A stretch of 64,000 nucleotides of DNA from the NCBI RefSeq assembly GCF_902713615.1, contig NC_052153.1, forward strand, positions 46,081,382 through 46,145,381, written 5' to 3'. Both the position numbers and the translations under genes were made by a program. The first letter of the stretch is position 1; each line of letters opens with the position of its first letter. Positions 23,150-36,269 of this stretch are shown here, one piece after another. The notes below the pieces were generated by a model. The model was given only the letters and a program-made list of their open reading frames with translations, made no database searches and was not told where the DNA came from. The DNA is from Scyliorhinus canicula. Lineage: Eukaryota.

Positions 23150-25630
23150 CTCAGGGCTCAACGCATCAAGGTACAGAATCAAGGGGCAATGGGGTCGCTG
23201 CTCTGTTGGGACCCAAATGTCTGTGAGTCAGGATCCAGCAGCTCCCCAAGATGGAGGTAATCGTCCATTTGACCGTGGCCAGTTGGGATGAGGGAGCACG
23301 AGGCCCTCCTGTAAGAACCCCCAGTGGGTGTGCGCTTAATGGAGGAGAAACCTAGACAGAAGGCTACAGGCGAATCTGAATGGGCAAGGGCAGAGGCCGA
23401 GGCCAATCATGTACTGGAGAAGGGAAGGCACCTGAGCTGTATGGGTGTGATCGCTGCCGGCGATGCTCCGGGACTGGCTGCTTCCAGGTCAGGAAGGTCA
23501 GTGGGTCAAGGGAGGTGATGATCAACTGTGACACCGACTTGAGTCTTTCTTTTTCTCTCAAGATCAGAGGATAGAGGCCGCACCAACCAAGCAGGGGTAT
23601 GCAGGTGCTGAAGAACACCAAGTGTGTATCAGACTAATGTCTCCTTCATGGAACTGTCTGGAACCATCTGCCGAAGGAGACTGTTTGGCACCTGTGCCAT
23701 GTCTTGGTCGACTTGGTGGTAGAAGACATCCCCTCCTTGTGGTCGCCATGGTCACTGCAGAAGGGTGTTGATGACTCACAGCGAGGGATGGTCTGTGATG
23801 CTCCTCAGATGCTGCTTATGTCTGACTCCTATGTAGTGCCAGCCCTCTGACTCCCTGGCTGATGTCTGAGCAAAGTTCTGCCTCACATTTCTTTGTCCAT
23901 TTGCTCTAGAGGGAGATTAGGGGAAAGGGTCTAGCCTTCACAGAATCATGCCTGTGTCCTCTCACTGAATTAAATACTCACAAGGGGAGGCCTCAACCGC
24001 CTGGCAAACATGAAGACCCAGTGAGAACAGCTGTGTTCCGAGGGGGAGAAGTACCATGCCACTGGGAGGTGGGTTAAAGATTCTGTGGCTTTAAAGTGGT
24101 GAGCAACAAAGCAACAATAACATGCTCTGGCCCTACAACTCAGCCTTGCAGACCCTCCCACTACGTCTAGTTGTGTTTCCAGGATACACATCAGGGATGG
24201 GGAGTGGCTTGCTGTCTTCCACGCCTTGTTGCCTGAGATGCCCTTGGCGGAGATTCTTTGGAGGGCCAAGTCCTGGAGGGCCCTGGCCTTGGGTGGCACT
24301 GGTGGTGTAGCACCACCCTCTTCTGTCCACTGTGTCTGAATTGCACCAGTCTCAGGAAAGGGGGATTCAGATTGACAGGGCACTTCACAGGTCGCCTGGA
24401 AGGAAGGTCCCAGGATATACTCCTGTAGATCCTCCTCCCTCTGGATGCTCAAGGACCCCTGAGTTACTCCATGGGATGCAGGAGCAGCTGGCGTGAGCTC
24501 CAGAAGCCTAAACGTCACCTGGCACTGCCAGTCCTGGAGGCCCCCATTGTCTGCACCATGCAGTTGAACCCTGAACCATGGTCCACAGGGACTGAGCCAC
24601 GCTTTGGAGTTCTCCCGCCATGGTTCTGATCCCGAGTCCCAGGCTTTCCACTGTGGACACCAGACACAATGTTAGGGTTGGGGCCACACATTGCCGGCAC
24701 CATCTGCGACTGAAGGCTTTGGGACTCCTCCATTCGGCCTTGCAGTTGCAGGAATAGTGCTGGCTCTCCCTCCTGGTATTCCCGGCTCTACTTTGCATCT
24801 CAAGCAGCTGAGGGAGGGACAGACGTGTCCAGGGACATGGCACCTGGCTGTGGCACAGCTGAGTCCTGGGATCCAGCAGACCACTGACTGTCCGATCCGT
24901 GGGACGTTCGTGCATCCATCTGACATGCACCAGAAGCTGTGCGGTGCTCACCAGATAGTGACCCAGTAGCCTGCCTAAGATTGCCCACCGAGGTGTGTCT
25001 CTTTGCACTGGTGAATGGTGTGGATGACAGCCGTGACACTTCTACTGGGTCACTATCTGGTGAGCACCACACAGCTTCTGGTGCATGTCAGATGGATGCA
25101 GGAACGTCCCAGGGAATCGGACAGTCAGTGGTCTGCTGGATCCCAGGATTCAGCTGTGCCACAGCCAGATAGCTGTCTAGCGGGTCACATGTCGATAATA
25201 TCTTGTATATGTGGGCACTAGGCATAAGCAGGGGGGGGGGGTTCTGAAGAGGAGTGCCGGGGGCATAGGAGGCTTGTGGGACGTCGGGTCCTGGGGCTGT
25301 GCATGTGGGATTGGGGTGACAGCAAAGACAGCGAGAGGGTACAGGGAGCATTAACCCTGGTAGATAGGAGTAGCTCATTCATCTTCTTTGTAGCAATGCT
25401 CCTCTGTCCTCTTCTGCAGACCTTTGGCACTAACCATTGCTGCGATTATCTCCCAGGCATGATTTTTTATCCTTCTCAAGGGTATCCTGCCAGCCCGAGG
25501 GCGTATTGCTGCTCACCTCTCCTCCAAGCCATCCACCGTATGAGTGAGAGGCCCCTCCATGAAATAAGGAGCAGGCTTCCTCGCTGCCATCCTGTTGGCT
25601 TGAATAATAAGTGCTGTGGAGCCATTTAAA
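23150..25630 (-). mobile_element. PIF/Harbinger remnant including Myb/SANT-like accessory ORF
   Basis: Minus strand about 25375-25460 reads AWEIIAAMVSAKGLQKRTEEHCYK(fs)KMNEL, a Myb/SANT trihelix motif; extent approximate. Confidence 0.6.
24844..25168. repeat. Long inverted repeat (arms of about 126 bp, spacer of about 72 bp)
   Basis: 24844-24969 is the reverse complement of 25042-25168 with few mismatches. Confidence 0.92.
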
Positions 25631-25631
25631 T

Positions 25632-25870
25632 GCAGCACCACGGTGGCGTAGTGGTCAGCACTGCCGCCTCATGGCGCCGAGGACCAGGTTCAATCCCGGC
25701 CCCGGGTCACTGTCCGGGTGGAGTTTTCACATTCGCCCCGTGTCGGCGTGGGTCTCACCCCCACAGTTTAAAAGAAAAGATGTGTAGGGTAGGTGGATTG
25801 GGCACGCTAATTGGAAAGAAAAAAAGAATTGGGTACACTAAAAAATTTTTTAAAAAATAAATAAATGCAT
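25632..25870 (+). mobile_element. Short HE1-related SINE with A-rich tail
   Basis: tRNA head, partial V-domain, AATTGGGTACACTAAAAAATTTTTTAAAAA tail. Confidence 0.8.
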
Positions 25871-25941
25871 CATCCCCTGGATTGAAGTGCTCTGATGACC
25901 TCTGGGGAGGGCGAATCAGACATTTCCCTCCTCAAGCATAG

Positions 25942-26506
25942 TGGGCTGGATTTTCCGCAGTCCGGCACCGAAATCGCAGCCGGCGCGGGGGCAGCGAGTC
26001 CACTTGCATTTAGTAATCGGGACCGGTGCTGGTTTGGCGATTCTCCGACCGGCCGAGTTCCCGACGACATGGAACTAACCACCTATTGCCAGTTGGGATG
26101 TTGATGTGGCGGCTGCGGACTCGGTCCGAGGCCGCCCTGGTTGGGGGCGGGCTAATCGGAGACCAGAGGGGGCCTTGTAGGCGGCCGGCTATTAACCGTG
26201 TGTGGGGTTGAGGCTCGGGGGCGCAGCCGATCAGGGGTCACTTTTATCGGTGTGGCTCCGTTGTCTGGGCCCTCCATGTAGCATGGCCCGACCACTGGAG
26301 GCCGCCGCCGTGTACATGCGCAGACTCCGAACCAGAAGTGCGGGGGCCCGTATCCGCAGCTAAAGCTGCAAAATTCACTCCGGGTCCCTGCTAGCCCCCT
26401 GCAGGGCATTGAATTCGTTGAACTTTTTGCAAGGAATTTCTGGAGTAAAACTCTGCCGTTTATACGCCGGCGTGGGGACATAGTCTCATTTTGGGAGAAT
26501 CCAGCC
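25942..26506. mobile_element. Harbinger-type MITE
   Basis: TIRs GGGCTGGATTTTCC...GGAGAATCCAGCC. Confidence 0.8.
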
Positions 26507-27189
26507 TGGTGTTAGGGTTAGGATCATCCATGTCCGTAGGGGAGAATTTTGCTTTAATGCGTTTCTGGCTCTATCAGACCCTGCCAGCATGACTGTGGAA
26601 ACCACGTCCCAGATTCTCTTGTGCACAGCCAGCCAGCACTCTACACCGAGTGAAAAATTCCGCGCACTCTGCTGAGTTCCTGGTATGTGGTGCAGGAAAC
26701 CTGTCTTATTGCCTAAAATTGTGCCCTGTCTGTATTTCACAGTGTGTTTTGATGCAGCAATAATAGGGTAAGACATATCGATAAGTTTAAATTAGTCTGA
26801 TATCTCGAAAATGTCCAAAGGAAACTTGCTTCCAGCATTACTAGCAATACCAAAACCAAACAATCTGTGGACCTATTTGCAGCGTTACTAGACACATTGG
26901 CGAGAGGAATTTTCCCTTTACTATTTGATTCTTCTTCATTCTGTATTACAAGCTGACACAGGGAAGGGTAAGAAACAACCATCAAACCCCACCAGCCTAT
27001 TCTGTTGAGTTAACAATGTAACCTCGCACACTGTCCATCCAGCCCCTCACAAAATCGAGGCAAAGATTAAAAAATAACTGCAGCCAATACAGGAATAATA
27101 ATCTGGTGATTTTCCTTCTGTCTGACTCCCGAAAGTAATTGAGCAAAGTTCCAGGGGACCACGGTTGACCTCAACTGACCGTAACTTAC

Positions 27190-27254
27190 CTGCGATAACT
27201 GAATGGATCCTTTTCTTTCAGGATCTCGCCAAGTTCCTGTATGTGCCATGCCAT
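27190..27254 (-). CDS. Candidate first coding exon of an unidentified gene (MAWHIQELGEILKEKDPFSYR; alternative frame from ATG at 27327)
   Basis: Kozak ACCATGG, consensus donor CAG|GTAAGT, non-repetitive sequence, upstream CCAAT and TGACG motifs. Confidence 0.4.
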
Positions 27255-27379
27255 GGTAGAGGATAAGTAGAAATACGTTCGGGATAATAGTTTTATTGTG
27301 TCGACAGCTGGTCTCCAGTTCTGCCATCCCTCTCTCCGTTTGAATGATCTGGGACTGTCTACCGCCTGCCAGAAATCTC

Positions 27380-27420
27380 ATCCCTAATCCAATAAGGTTT
27401 GGGAATGACGCAGGCAAATT
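27380..27420 (-). promoter_or_regulatory. Possible proximal promoter (CCAAT box and CRE half-site)
   Basis: CCAAT at about 27389 and TGACGCA at about 27406, just upstream of the candidate exon. Confidence 0.25.
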
Positions 27421-27927
27421 GAAGAATTCGCCTGGGTCGAGTTATTGAGTTGTTCAGTTTTGACTGTTCATATTCTGTGGTAGGTATTGGCTGGATTTGA
27501 ACCATTTTATCCTATCGTGGAACATTCTCACCCTAATTCTCAGGTTTTTGTATCTAGGTTATTGAGTTCTAGGTACGTTCTCAATAAAGGCTACCTGATA
27601 ATTGCTTTCAGCTGCTAGACGAATGCTGTCATCATTTCTTGTTTGAAGTTAAAGTATTGAGCAGGTCTATTTTCTAAAGGATGAATAAACACTTAAGGAA
27701 CAGTCACATAATAGAGTTCGATATTCCAATAAAGTGTGCACCCTTCCACCCAAGTCCTCGAGGGGACAAAGTAATAAAAGGCAATGGAGTAGAAATTAGC
27801 TTTCACTCTGCACATTCTTTGGGCATTAAATAGGTTCCTGAGCCACTGTAAAGCATTTAAAAGAGAACTTGATAATTCTTTACCTTGCATTTCCTACCAC
27901 TGTTGGAGGCCAAGTAATCCACACTGA

Positions 27928-28652
27928 GGGCCAAATCCTCCCATCTGGGGACCAGGTCCCATGGTGGGGGTGCGAATGTAGAGTGTTTCCCGCTGCGGAG
28001 GCCAGTGGGAATGCAGGCCATTTTCCTGCCTCGACCTCATTAATTATGCACCCAGATGTTTTGCCCTGCATTCCGAGGCAGTGCAGGCCTGATGACATGT
28101 AGCCCGCCGTTGTATCCAGGCATCATATTGCAAAGGCGGCCAACATCACTGACCCACTATTGCAGAAAGAGCATTCCTGAAAATGTAGCTGGAACTCTGG
28201 GAACATTCTGTCGCTGGAAGATGGACCTCCTTGATGACTATGAATCTGGAAGATGCTTCCCCCACCCACTGGCTATTCCAGGGCCCAGAGTTGGCAGCCT
28301 CCATTCCAAACTCCAGATGCAGCCCCAGGCATTTTTCAGGTGAATCCAGACATCAGCCTGCCACATTGTTCCAAACATGTTTTGCATTGGCATGTTTTCT
28401 CACTGGTGTGGCAGAGAATCGGGCTTACGGGGATGATTCAGGTCAGGCCTTCACCCTCATCCCATTAGCAGGATGCAAATCAGTTTCACGTGGCCTCCAG
28501 CGGATTTCCCGATCTGCCATGGCAGGCAACAACTGACGATCCCGTGGGAAAGTCATGCTGCCATGAATCCTATTTTTGGGCCGCCCACCTGCCAAATTCT
28601 TCCTCCATCTCCACAATTGAGCCCGCCAGTGGGAAAATGGGAGAATTCCACT
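27928..28652. mobile_element. Old Harbinger-type MITE
   Basis: GGGCCAAATCCTCCCA...TGGGAGAATTCCACTC termini; GC-rich interior. Confidence 0.55.
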
Positions 28653-28869
28653 CTGTTTCTGGGAAATAGAAACTGATCTTTTTCACTTTCACATTCTTGG
28701 GAGCTTCAAACCAGCAATCGTTTTCAAATAGACTTTCAAATAGACACACGCCAAACAGGATTTTGTTACATACTGGAGCAGAGTTGTCCAGAATTCCTGG
28801 ATTTTGGATATCCTGCCACACAGATGGCGAAAGGAACTATCCATAAGCTACAAACTGAACCAGCATTTG

Positions 28870-29460
28870 CAGTTCGTATTTCAGGAATATATTGATGGGT
28901 TAGTGGAATGGACTGATAGACGGACAGATAGTTTAACGTGGGCAAGAATATAGGAGTATGCACTCGGTGAAAGATATTGAAGGATGTCGACCACCGGAGA
29001 TACCTAGGAATTTAAAAATATGATTACGTGGAAGTAGATAAAGTTATTTTTAAGAGGCTCATGGTATTTTGAACTTATAAAGAGGGTAGTAGAATACAGG
29101 ATTAAAGAATTAATGATAAATTTGGACAAAACATTGGTTACACCAACCGTACAGAGTGCGGTTATAGAAAGGACATTAAAACCAAAGAGAGTGCACCGTG
29201 TAGATTCACCAGGATGATCGTTCTGAGGAGTGAATTCTGATGCTGGGATGATTGCCAAGGTACTGAAAAGGGCTGAGGCAATTTAGTAAAGGTTATGAAA
29301 ACTGAAGGGTTTTAATAGGGTGAATAGGAAATAGTTTACTTAAGTAATTGAGGATCATTGATTTTCAGAAGGTGAGGACAGAGATTAGCGAAATTCTATT
29401 GTAGAGGATTGTTACCACACCAATGAGCACATCCTTGATGAGGTAAAAGACGTGGTTTCT
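28870..29460 (+). mobile_element. Highly decayed CR1 3' fragment
   Basis: Residual FQEYIDGLVEWTDR and LIKEL...LDKTLVTP motifs. Confidence 0.55.
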
Positions 29461-29539
29461 CAGTGCAAAATAGTTGGCACATTTCCAGTAGACATAGAAG
29501 AAGGAACTGACATTTTTATGGTGTTTTTAACTACCTCGG

Positions 29540-29815
29540 AATGGCTGAAAAGAGCTTTACAGCTAATTAAATACCCTTTGAAGTGAAGTACCTGTTGCAA
29601 TATAGGAAACATGGTACTCAATTTGTTTCAGCAACATCCCACAGATAGCAACATGGTAAAGAACCAATTTTTGGGGGCGGTTTAATGATGTTGGCTGAGG
29701 GATTAATGTTGTCCAGGATACCAGGGAAAATTATTTTCTTAGACTAGTACCATGGAATTTTTAGTCACTTGAGAAGATAGAGGTCATTGGTTTATATAAT
29801 CATGCTTAAGACAGT
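29540..29815 (-). mobile_element. Old Deu-domain SINE fragment
   Basis: Reverse complement resembles 1875-2410. Confidence 0.55.
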
Positions 29816-29885
29816 GGGCAATAATTTATGGAGAGGGTGGGAAGGCTTAGGGGGGAATGTTATCTAGCTGGTACACCTGTCTCCC

Positions 29886-32875
29886 TGTAATGAACTCCAA
29901 TTGGCTTTATTGGTTGGCCAATTGGAGTATGAGCTCCCTCAATGATAGCTCATTGAGGGGGCCCATATAAGCACCTGTAGGCTTTGTGAGCCAGTCTTGA
30001 GTTGACTGGACTGCTAGCAGCACTGTTTGTAGCTGCTCCTGTAATATCGTTATTGTAAATAAATATTGGTGTGGTGACGGAACTCCTGCCTCCCGTGGAT
30101 TACTACAGTGGCGCCGAGGTAATCTAAGAATCTTGCGGAGACCAGCTGCCGCACTCGGAGGGTAAGCCTTGCCATTTTAAAAATGCCGTTTTTTGGGAGG
30201 TTAGAGGCATTCGACCCGGCTATTGAGGACTGGTCCCAGTATGTGGAGAGAATGTGTTACTTCTTCCGGGCAAATGATATACTGACGAACAAAAGGAGAC
30301 GGCTTATCCTGCTGTTGGCGTGCGGACCCTCAGCTTTTGCCATTATACGTAGTCTGACTTATCCCGATGTGCCGGACACAAAAACCTTCCAAGAATTGAC
30401 ATAATTGATGAAAGAGCACTACGACCGAAAACCACCCCTCATTTTGCGTAGGTACAGATTCTACAAAGCAAAGCGGGAAGACAGGGAGTCAGTCACTAAT
30501 TTCTTGACCCGCCTGAGAAGGCTGGCGGAAAAATGTGAGTTCGGCCCGACTCTAAATGAAACGCTTCGGGACCGGTTAGTGTGTGGTATAAGCGACCTCA
30601 CAATACAGAAACGCCTGTTGGCGGAAATGGAGCTAGACTGCAGGCAGGCGTTACAGCTCGCACTGTCCCTAGATAAAGCAGCAAGTGGGGCGCAGGAACT
30701 ACAGGGCACGCCAATGGAGGTAGATACCTGTGAGAGGCACTACCACAACGGGTCCAGCTACCAGATAGCTGCTCTCAGGAAAAGCCTGAGGAATAGAGGG
30801 AAAAAGGAAAACCCCAGAACTGCCCCCAAGTCTGCCAGGACTAACTGGAGACAGAGGGTCGTAACAGCGACAGAAATCCTAGAAGGAGGTGGCAAAAGAG
30901 GAATAGCAGGTGGGGACGCAGGGAAGTATGCAACCTAGACGCCCCATCCTCCTCCGAAGGGGAACAATTATATAATATTACAACGAAGAAAGCAGAACCC
31001 ATTAGGATTACCCCACGGGTGAACGGGCGGCCGACAATAATGGAAATAGATACGGGTGCGGCCGTATCAGTAATGGGAGTGGCAGCATTTAGAAAAATCA
31101 AAGATGGACTCCAACCACTAACCCTAACAAAAACATCGATGAAACTTAAAACCTACACGGGGAACCCCTGGAAGTTCTGAGCATGACTCATGTACCTGTG
31201 GAATATGAGAAACAATTGCTCAGATTACCGTTGACGATAGTAGAGGGCTCCAGACCGAGCTTAATTGGACGAAACTGGCTGAAAGACCTAAAATTAGATT
31301 GGATGAAAATTTTCCAGAGTGGAAGCGGGCAGTTGAGTGGACTACTCCAAAAATACCCGGAGGTCTTCCAGGAAGATTTGGGGGAAATCATATGCGCCAA
31401 AGCAACTTTGCACGTGGACCCAGAAGCCCTTCCGAAATTTTGTAAGGCCAGGCCGGTACCTTTTGCATTAAGGAAGAAAGTAGATGACGAAATAGAAAGG
31501 TTACGGCGCGACGGCATTATCAGACCAGTACAGTTCTCGGAATGGGCAGCGCCGGTGGTACCAATTTTGAAGCCAGACGGCTCAATACGTCTCTGTGGAG
31601 ATTTCAAACAGACAGTAAACAAATACGCACTGCTGGACAAATACCCAATCCCGAAAATAGACGACCTATATGCCAAATTGGCAGGTGGGCTTTTGTTCAC
31701 GAAACTGGACATGAGCCACGCCTACCTGCAGTTAAAACTGGACAAAGGCTCCCAGAAGTTCGCTACGATCAACACCCTGATCGCTACGATCAACACCCTG
31801 AAGGGCCTTTTTCGTTATACTAGGCTACCTTTCGGAGTGTCATCAGCCTGCGCTATATTCCAGCGTACGATGGAAAATATTCTGCAGGGACTACCGCAGG
31901 TGGCGATTTATTAGGACGATGTCTTAATCACGGGTAGGACAAACAGGGAACACTTAAGGAACCTGGAGGAAGTGCTCAGGTGTTTCGCAAAGGCAGGCAT
32001 ACGGCTAAAAAGGGAAAAATGTGTTTTTCTGGCCCCACAAGTGACGTACCTGGGATATAAGGTAGACGAGTCAGGCTTACACCCATTAGAAGACAGAGTA
32101 AGGGCAATAAAAGAAGCCCCAGCTCCCACCACGGTCCAGGAGTTACGATAATTTCTAGGGTTGGTAACCTATTATGGAAAATTTATTGAAAATAGGGCAT
32201 CCACCCTAGAACCCCTCCTCCAGCTACTAAAAAAGGGGCAAGAATGGAAATGGTCCGCCTGCCAAAACCAAGCATTTAGGGACATTAAGGAACAGCTGTC
32301 ATCCGAAAATGTCCTAGAGCATTATGACCCAAGGAAGGAGTTGGTGGTCACTTGTGATGCATCCCCCTACGGGGTAGGAGCCGTCTTAGCCCATAGAGGA
32401 AGGAATGGCGAAGAACGGCCAATAGCCTATGCTTTGAGGACCTTGGCGATGGCTGAGAGGAAGTACGCCCAAATCGAGGAGGAAGAACAACTTCCAAGGA
32501 GGTCGTCAAGGAAAAGACGGGCACCTATAAGGCACCCACTTCGGAGAACGACCCGGCGGACGACACAGAGGTGACAGACCCAGACATGAGGAACAGGAAG
32601 AAGCTCAGAGGAATGCCAGCTGGCAGGAATTCCTCGGACCTGGGGGGAGGGGGGTAATGGACTCCATTGGCTTTATCGGTTGGCCAATTGGAGTATGAGC
32701 TCCCTCAATGATAGCTTATTGAGGGGGCCCATATAAGCACCTGTGTAGGCTTTGTGAGCCAGTCTTGGGTTGACTGGACTGCTGGCAGCACTGTTTGTAG
32801 CTGCTCCTGTAATATCGTTATTGTAAATAAATATTGGTGTGGTGACAGAACTCCTGTCTCCCATGGATTACTACA
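29886..32875 (+). mobile_element. Gypsy (Mag-like) LTR retrotransposon, internally deleted (no integrase)
   Basis: LTRs 29886-30107 and 32653-32875, TSD CTCCC, PBS TGGCGCCGAGG, PPT before the 3' LTR; gag, protease DTGA, RT, partial RNase H. Confidence 0.95.
30183..32574 (+). pseudogene. Disrupted gag-pol of the Mag-like Gypsy
   Basis: Stop at 30402-30404, frameshifts, RT motif Y*DD (TAT TAG GAC GAT), RNase H cut after YAQIE. Confidence 0.92.
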
Positions 32876-33147
32876 CTCCCCATCTTCTTTAACAAGGCTC
32901 CCGCCTGCCATGTTTTGCCAGGGATGTGGGTATAGAATGAATTCAGGCTTGCCTTGATTTACTGGGATATTGGCCCAATTTTAATGACCCATGTCGGGCC
33001 CTCAAACCTTCACCCCCTTTTCATATCCCAGCCTCCTCACATGACCCATGACTTCTCGTATATCCCATGCCCCCCTCCAATACCTCATGCACCTATGTAT
33101 CCTCTATAGTCAATCACACAGTGTCCGCTATGGGTAGACCAGGGGGT

Positions 33148-33491
33148 CATGTCTTTGAAATGGAGATGAATGCCGGCGCCCTAGCTTTCGCTTCCCTAAT
33201 CGCCCGCCGGAGAATCCTCCTCGGCTGGTGATCAGCAGCACCGCCCACAGCTGCAGACTGGCTGGCTGACCTCTCGGAATTTCTCCACTTGGAGAAGATC
33301 AAGTACGCCAACCGAGGGTCGGAGGAAAGCTTCCTTAAAGCATGGCAACAATTTGTCGGCCTGTTCCAAGGCCTGTTCGAAGCTAACAATGACCAGAAAG
33401 AAAGGAAACTAACAGGAACGCACAATACAGCGGGGAGGGAGGAAGAAAAGGGGGAACCTAAGGGAATGAAGGGTTCATCACAAAGAAAGAC

Positions 33492-33524
<33 letters not shown>

Positions 33525-33750
33525 GGCAGACACGGCAGAAAACACAAGGGAAAAAAGGGGGGAGAATGGAAGGGAGGGGAGGGGGGAAGCAAACAGTGGG
33601 GGGCGGGGGGAGCAATGACAGAGCACCGAGACAGATGGTGACAAAATGTAAATAGAGAGGAAATTATTACATGTACTGCACAAAGATGGACACGAAATGT
33701 AACAGTATAGAAAATTGAAAATGACAATTAAAAACAATTTTTTAAAAGAA
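33148..33750 (+). mobile_element. L1/Tx1 LINE 3' end
   Basis: LEKIKYANRGSEESFLKAWQQFVGLF C-terminus; purine-rich 3' UTR, A-rich end. Confidence 0.75.
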
Positions 33751-35069
33751 TGAAATGGAGAGGGAAAAAAGCTAAACGTTTAACAATGAAATAGAGCTGT
33801 CATTCAAAAGCTCTCCATACTGGAAAAAACTAATTCATAAAAACCTTTAAAAAATTGAAATCCGCTCAAATGGTCAATCTGACATAAAATCAAACATCTT
33901 TTTCACTAATTCTATCAAAGACTTGTGATAATTTAATAAACTCTTAAAACTGTCAGTAAAAATGTGATCACAGTCCCTTTGCTGAGGTACGCTGTTCTAG
34001 AGTTAAAAAAAATTAAATCAAACATTCATAATCCCCCCAGCTATCAAAACAAACCATTCCAAGCAATGAAACCTAATTGAAAGTTCAAAAGCAAATAGTT
34101 AAGTATTTTTCTGAACTGCATCAGATGGCCTGTTAAATCAATGCACTTCAGGAATAATTGGCTGTTTTTTTTCTCTGAGTGAAAGCTAAATAGTTTCATT
34201 TTAATTTTGAAGGGGTGAGGAGATTTGATCACTTCAAATTTTGGCACTTAAATGTTTTCTTCAGTTTTGAAAGTATAATAGCACTTTTCCAAATGGGAAA
34301 GGTACTCTCATGCATCTCAGCACTTACACCTGCTAGTCAGTGCAGCAGTCAACTTAATATTGCAGGACAGAACCCTATAATCCATCAGTGCAGTAAAAAC
34401 ACATCCACCTTACAGTACAGCAGTTAACTTTTGAAACTGGAGGAACAGAATTTTATTTTGTATTTCAATGTCTTGTCAAGAATTCCAAGTGCAGGTGACT
34501 TTATTTGCTTTCCCACTTGGGACTATGGCACCTCCATAGTTCACAACACCACTTGAGGTGCCGTGCAACACGCATTATGGAAGGGAACTGATTGCACAAA
34601 GCTTTTGGGGTATTGCGGGGAGCAGAATTATAAAGAAGGATGGACTGCTCACCCATGTATTAGAAAAGGCAAGTGAGTGCTGCGTGACTTGAGCTACCTG
34701 CACCCTTATCAGGCTCACACCTGTCATTTTAAAGGGCTCCTGCATCATCCCAACTGAATGAAAGTCCACGTCAGCACCTCAGCACTCCCTCAGCTTAGCA
34801 TAGATGAGTCAGTAAGATTTTTATGCTGAAGTCTCTGGTTTGCACTCACAGTCTATTGTCTCAAAAGCGCGAGGGCTACTACTGACCCATAAAAAATAAT
34901 TTCTGCTCCCAAGTTTCTGTCTCCTCCCTCTAATGTCGCTCATTCATCTTGCAGCTTATATTATTTGGTAATGTTGTTGAAGGAGAGTGGGTGGTATGAT
35001 AATTAGACATAGTTTGGGTTTGAGTTAGAATTTATAGTAGTTGGTTAGTACGTAAGATGGAAAACGTCA

Positions 35070-36260
35070 GCTTGGTTTGGTTAGGTTGCCCCCTAATCTT
35101 TCTTTTATTCGAATGGCTGGGATAGCAGTTATAGTTCCAGTTCAGGTTCACAATCCAATGAACAGTTTCAGCTGACGCAGTGTGAATGGTTATGCTGTCC
35201 TCGGGAATGGATTTCTCAGGACAGAAGTTCAGAATATGGAGGGGTGGTCTAACTTGGATGGCCACAGTCACAATCTGAGCTGTACCTCACGTTTCACTTG
35301 TGCAGCAAGTGGTCACATCTTCCCTTGTCTATCCTCAAGCAATCGAGGGTTGTCCAGACTTTCATCGGAAGGTTGGAACCTGAGTCTTCACCACTTGGGT
35401 CAGTTCCCCGGTTGTGGTGGATGATGTTTGCAGTCAACCAGATGGCGTGCCAATAAGAGGTGGGGCTGTTGACAGTTTTTAGCGTGTGCAATGTGTTTCA
35501 TAAGGGACTATGGAATCTCAGACGAGTACATTGGTTTTTTTTGAGGTCCTGAGTAAATGGGAGTGCTTTGTGAGCTGTCAGCTGGCGGTGTTCTTTGAGG
35601 AGGATATTTTCTTGCAGACGTCAGGAGGTTCAATATGTATTAGCACAGGAAACCTCCCGGGCTGTGTTGGTCTCAACATCCCAGAAATCATCCTTATGAA
35701 TTTCCAGATGTGGACATCTATCACATCTGCGTGGCAGCTCCTGAGCCAGGTTGAACAGCAGTATTCTGCTGTTGGGTAGATCAGGGTGAGTGAATAAGTG
35801 CATAATGTGTTGGCTGTGCTGTCCCATCTCTGAGATTCATTTGTGTCTTAACATTAGTTCAGGTGTTTTCTGCTCGTCAAGAGTGATGCCAAGCTATTCT
35901 GCTCTTGGGCCACGGGTGATTGGTCAGCCACAGAACTGGACATGAAGTTCTTCCCTGGCCTTTGAGTTGTTCAGTTGGAAGGCTGCGATTACAGTCTTGG
36001 AAGTGTTTGGTTGAAGTCTCCATTTTCTGAAGTAGGCGTCCAAGGAACATAGATCTTCAGAAGGTGTTTTCTTAATGTCCTGAAGTTCTTTAACCCGGAA
36101 TGCCAGGGTCAAGTTGCAGCATATGCAAAGAGCTGTTGGAAGGCTGTGAATGCAAAGAGCTGTGACATTTTGGGTGGGAGATCACTGGTATATATGCTGA
36201 AGAGAGTCAAAGTGAAGACTGATCTCTGTGGATCCCATTGTTGACTATCATTTGTTGGTT
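35070..36260 (-). mobile_element. Vingi/Ingi-like LINE fragment
   Basis: YFRKWRLQPNTSKTVIAAFQLNN...LHVQFCG; LFSIYTSDLP. Confidence 0.75.
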
Positions 36261-36269
36261 GATTTGATA

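Noticed and set aside
33493-33522. Poly-C/G runs (also near 12950, 36537, 63612) as functional elements
   Set aside because: They lie in TE G-rich tracts, and their lengths are likely unreliable in sequencing
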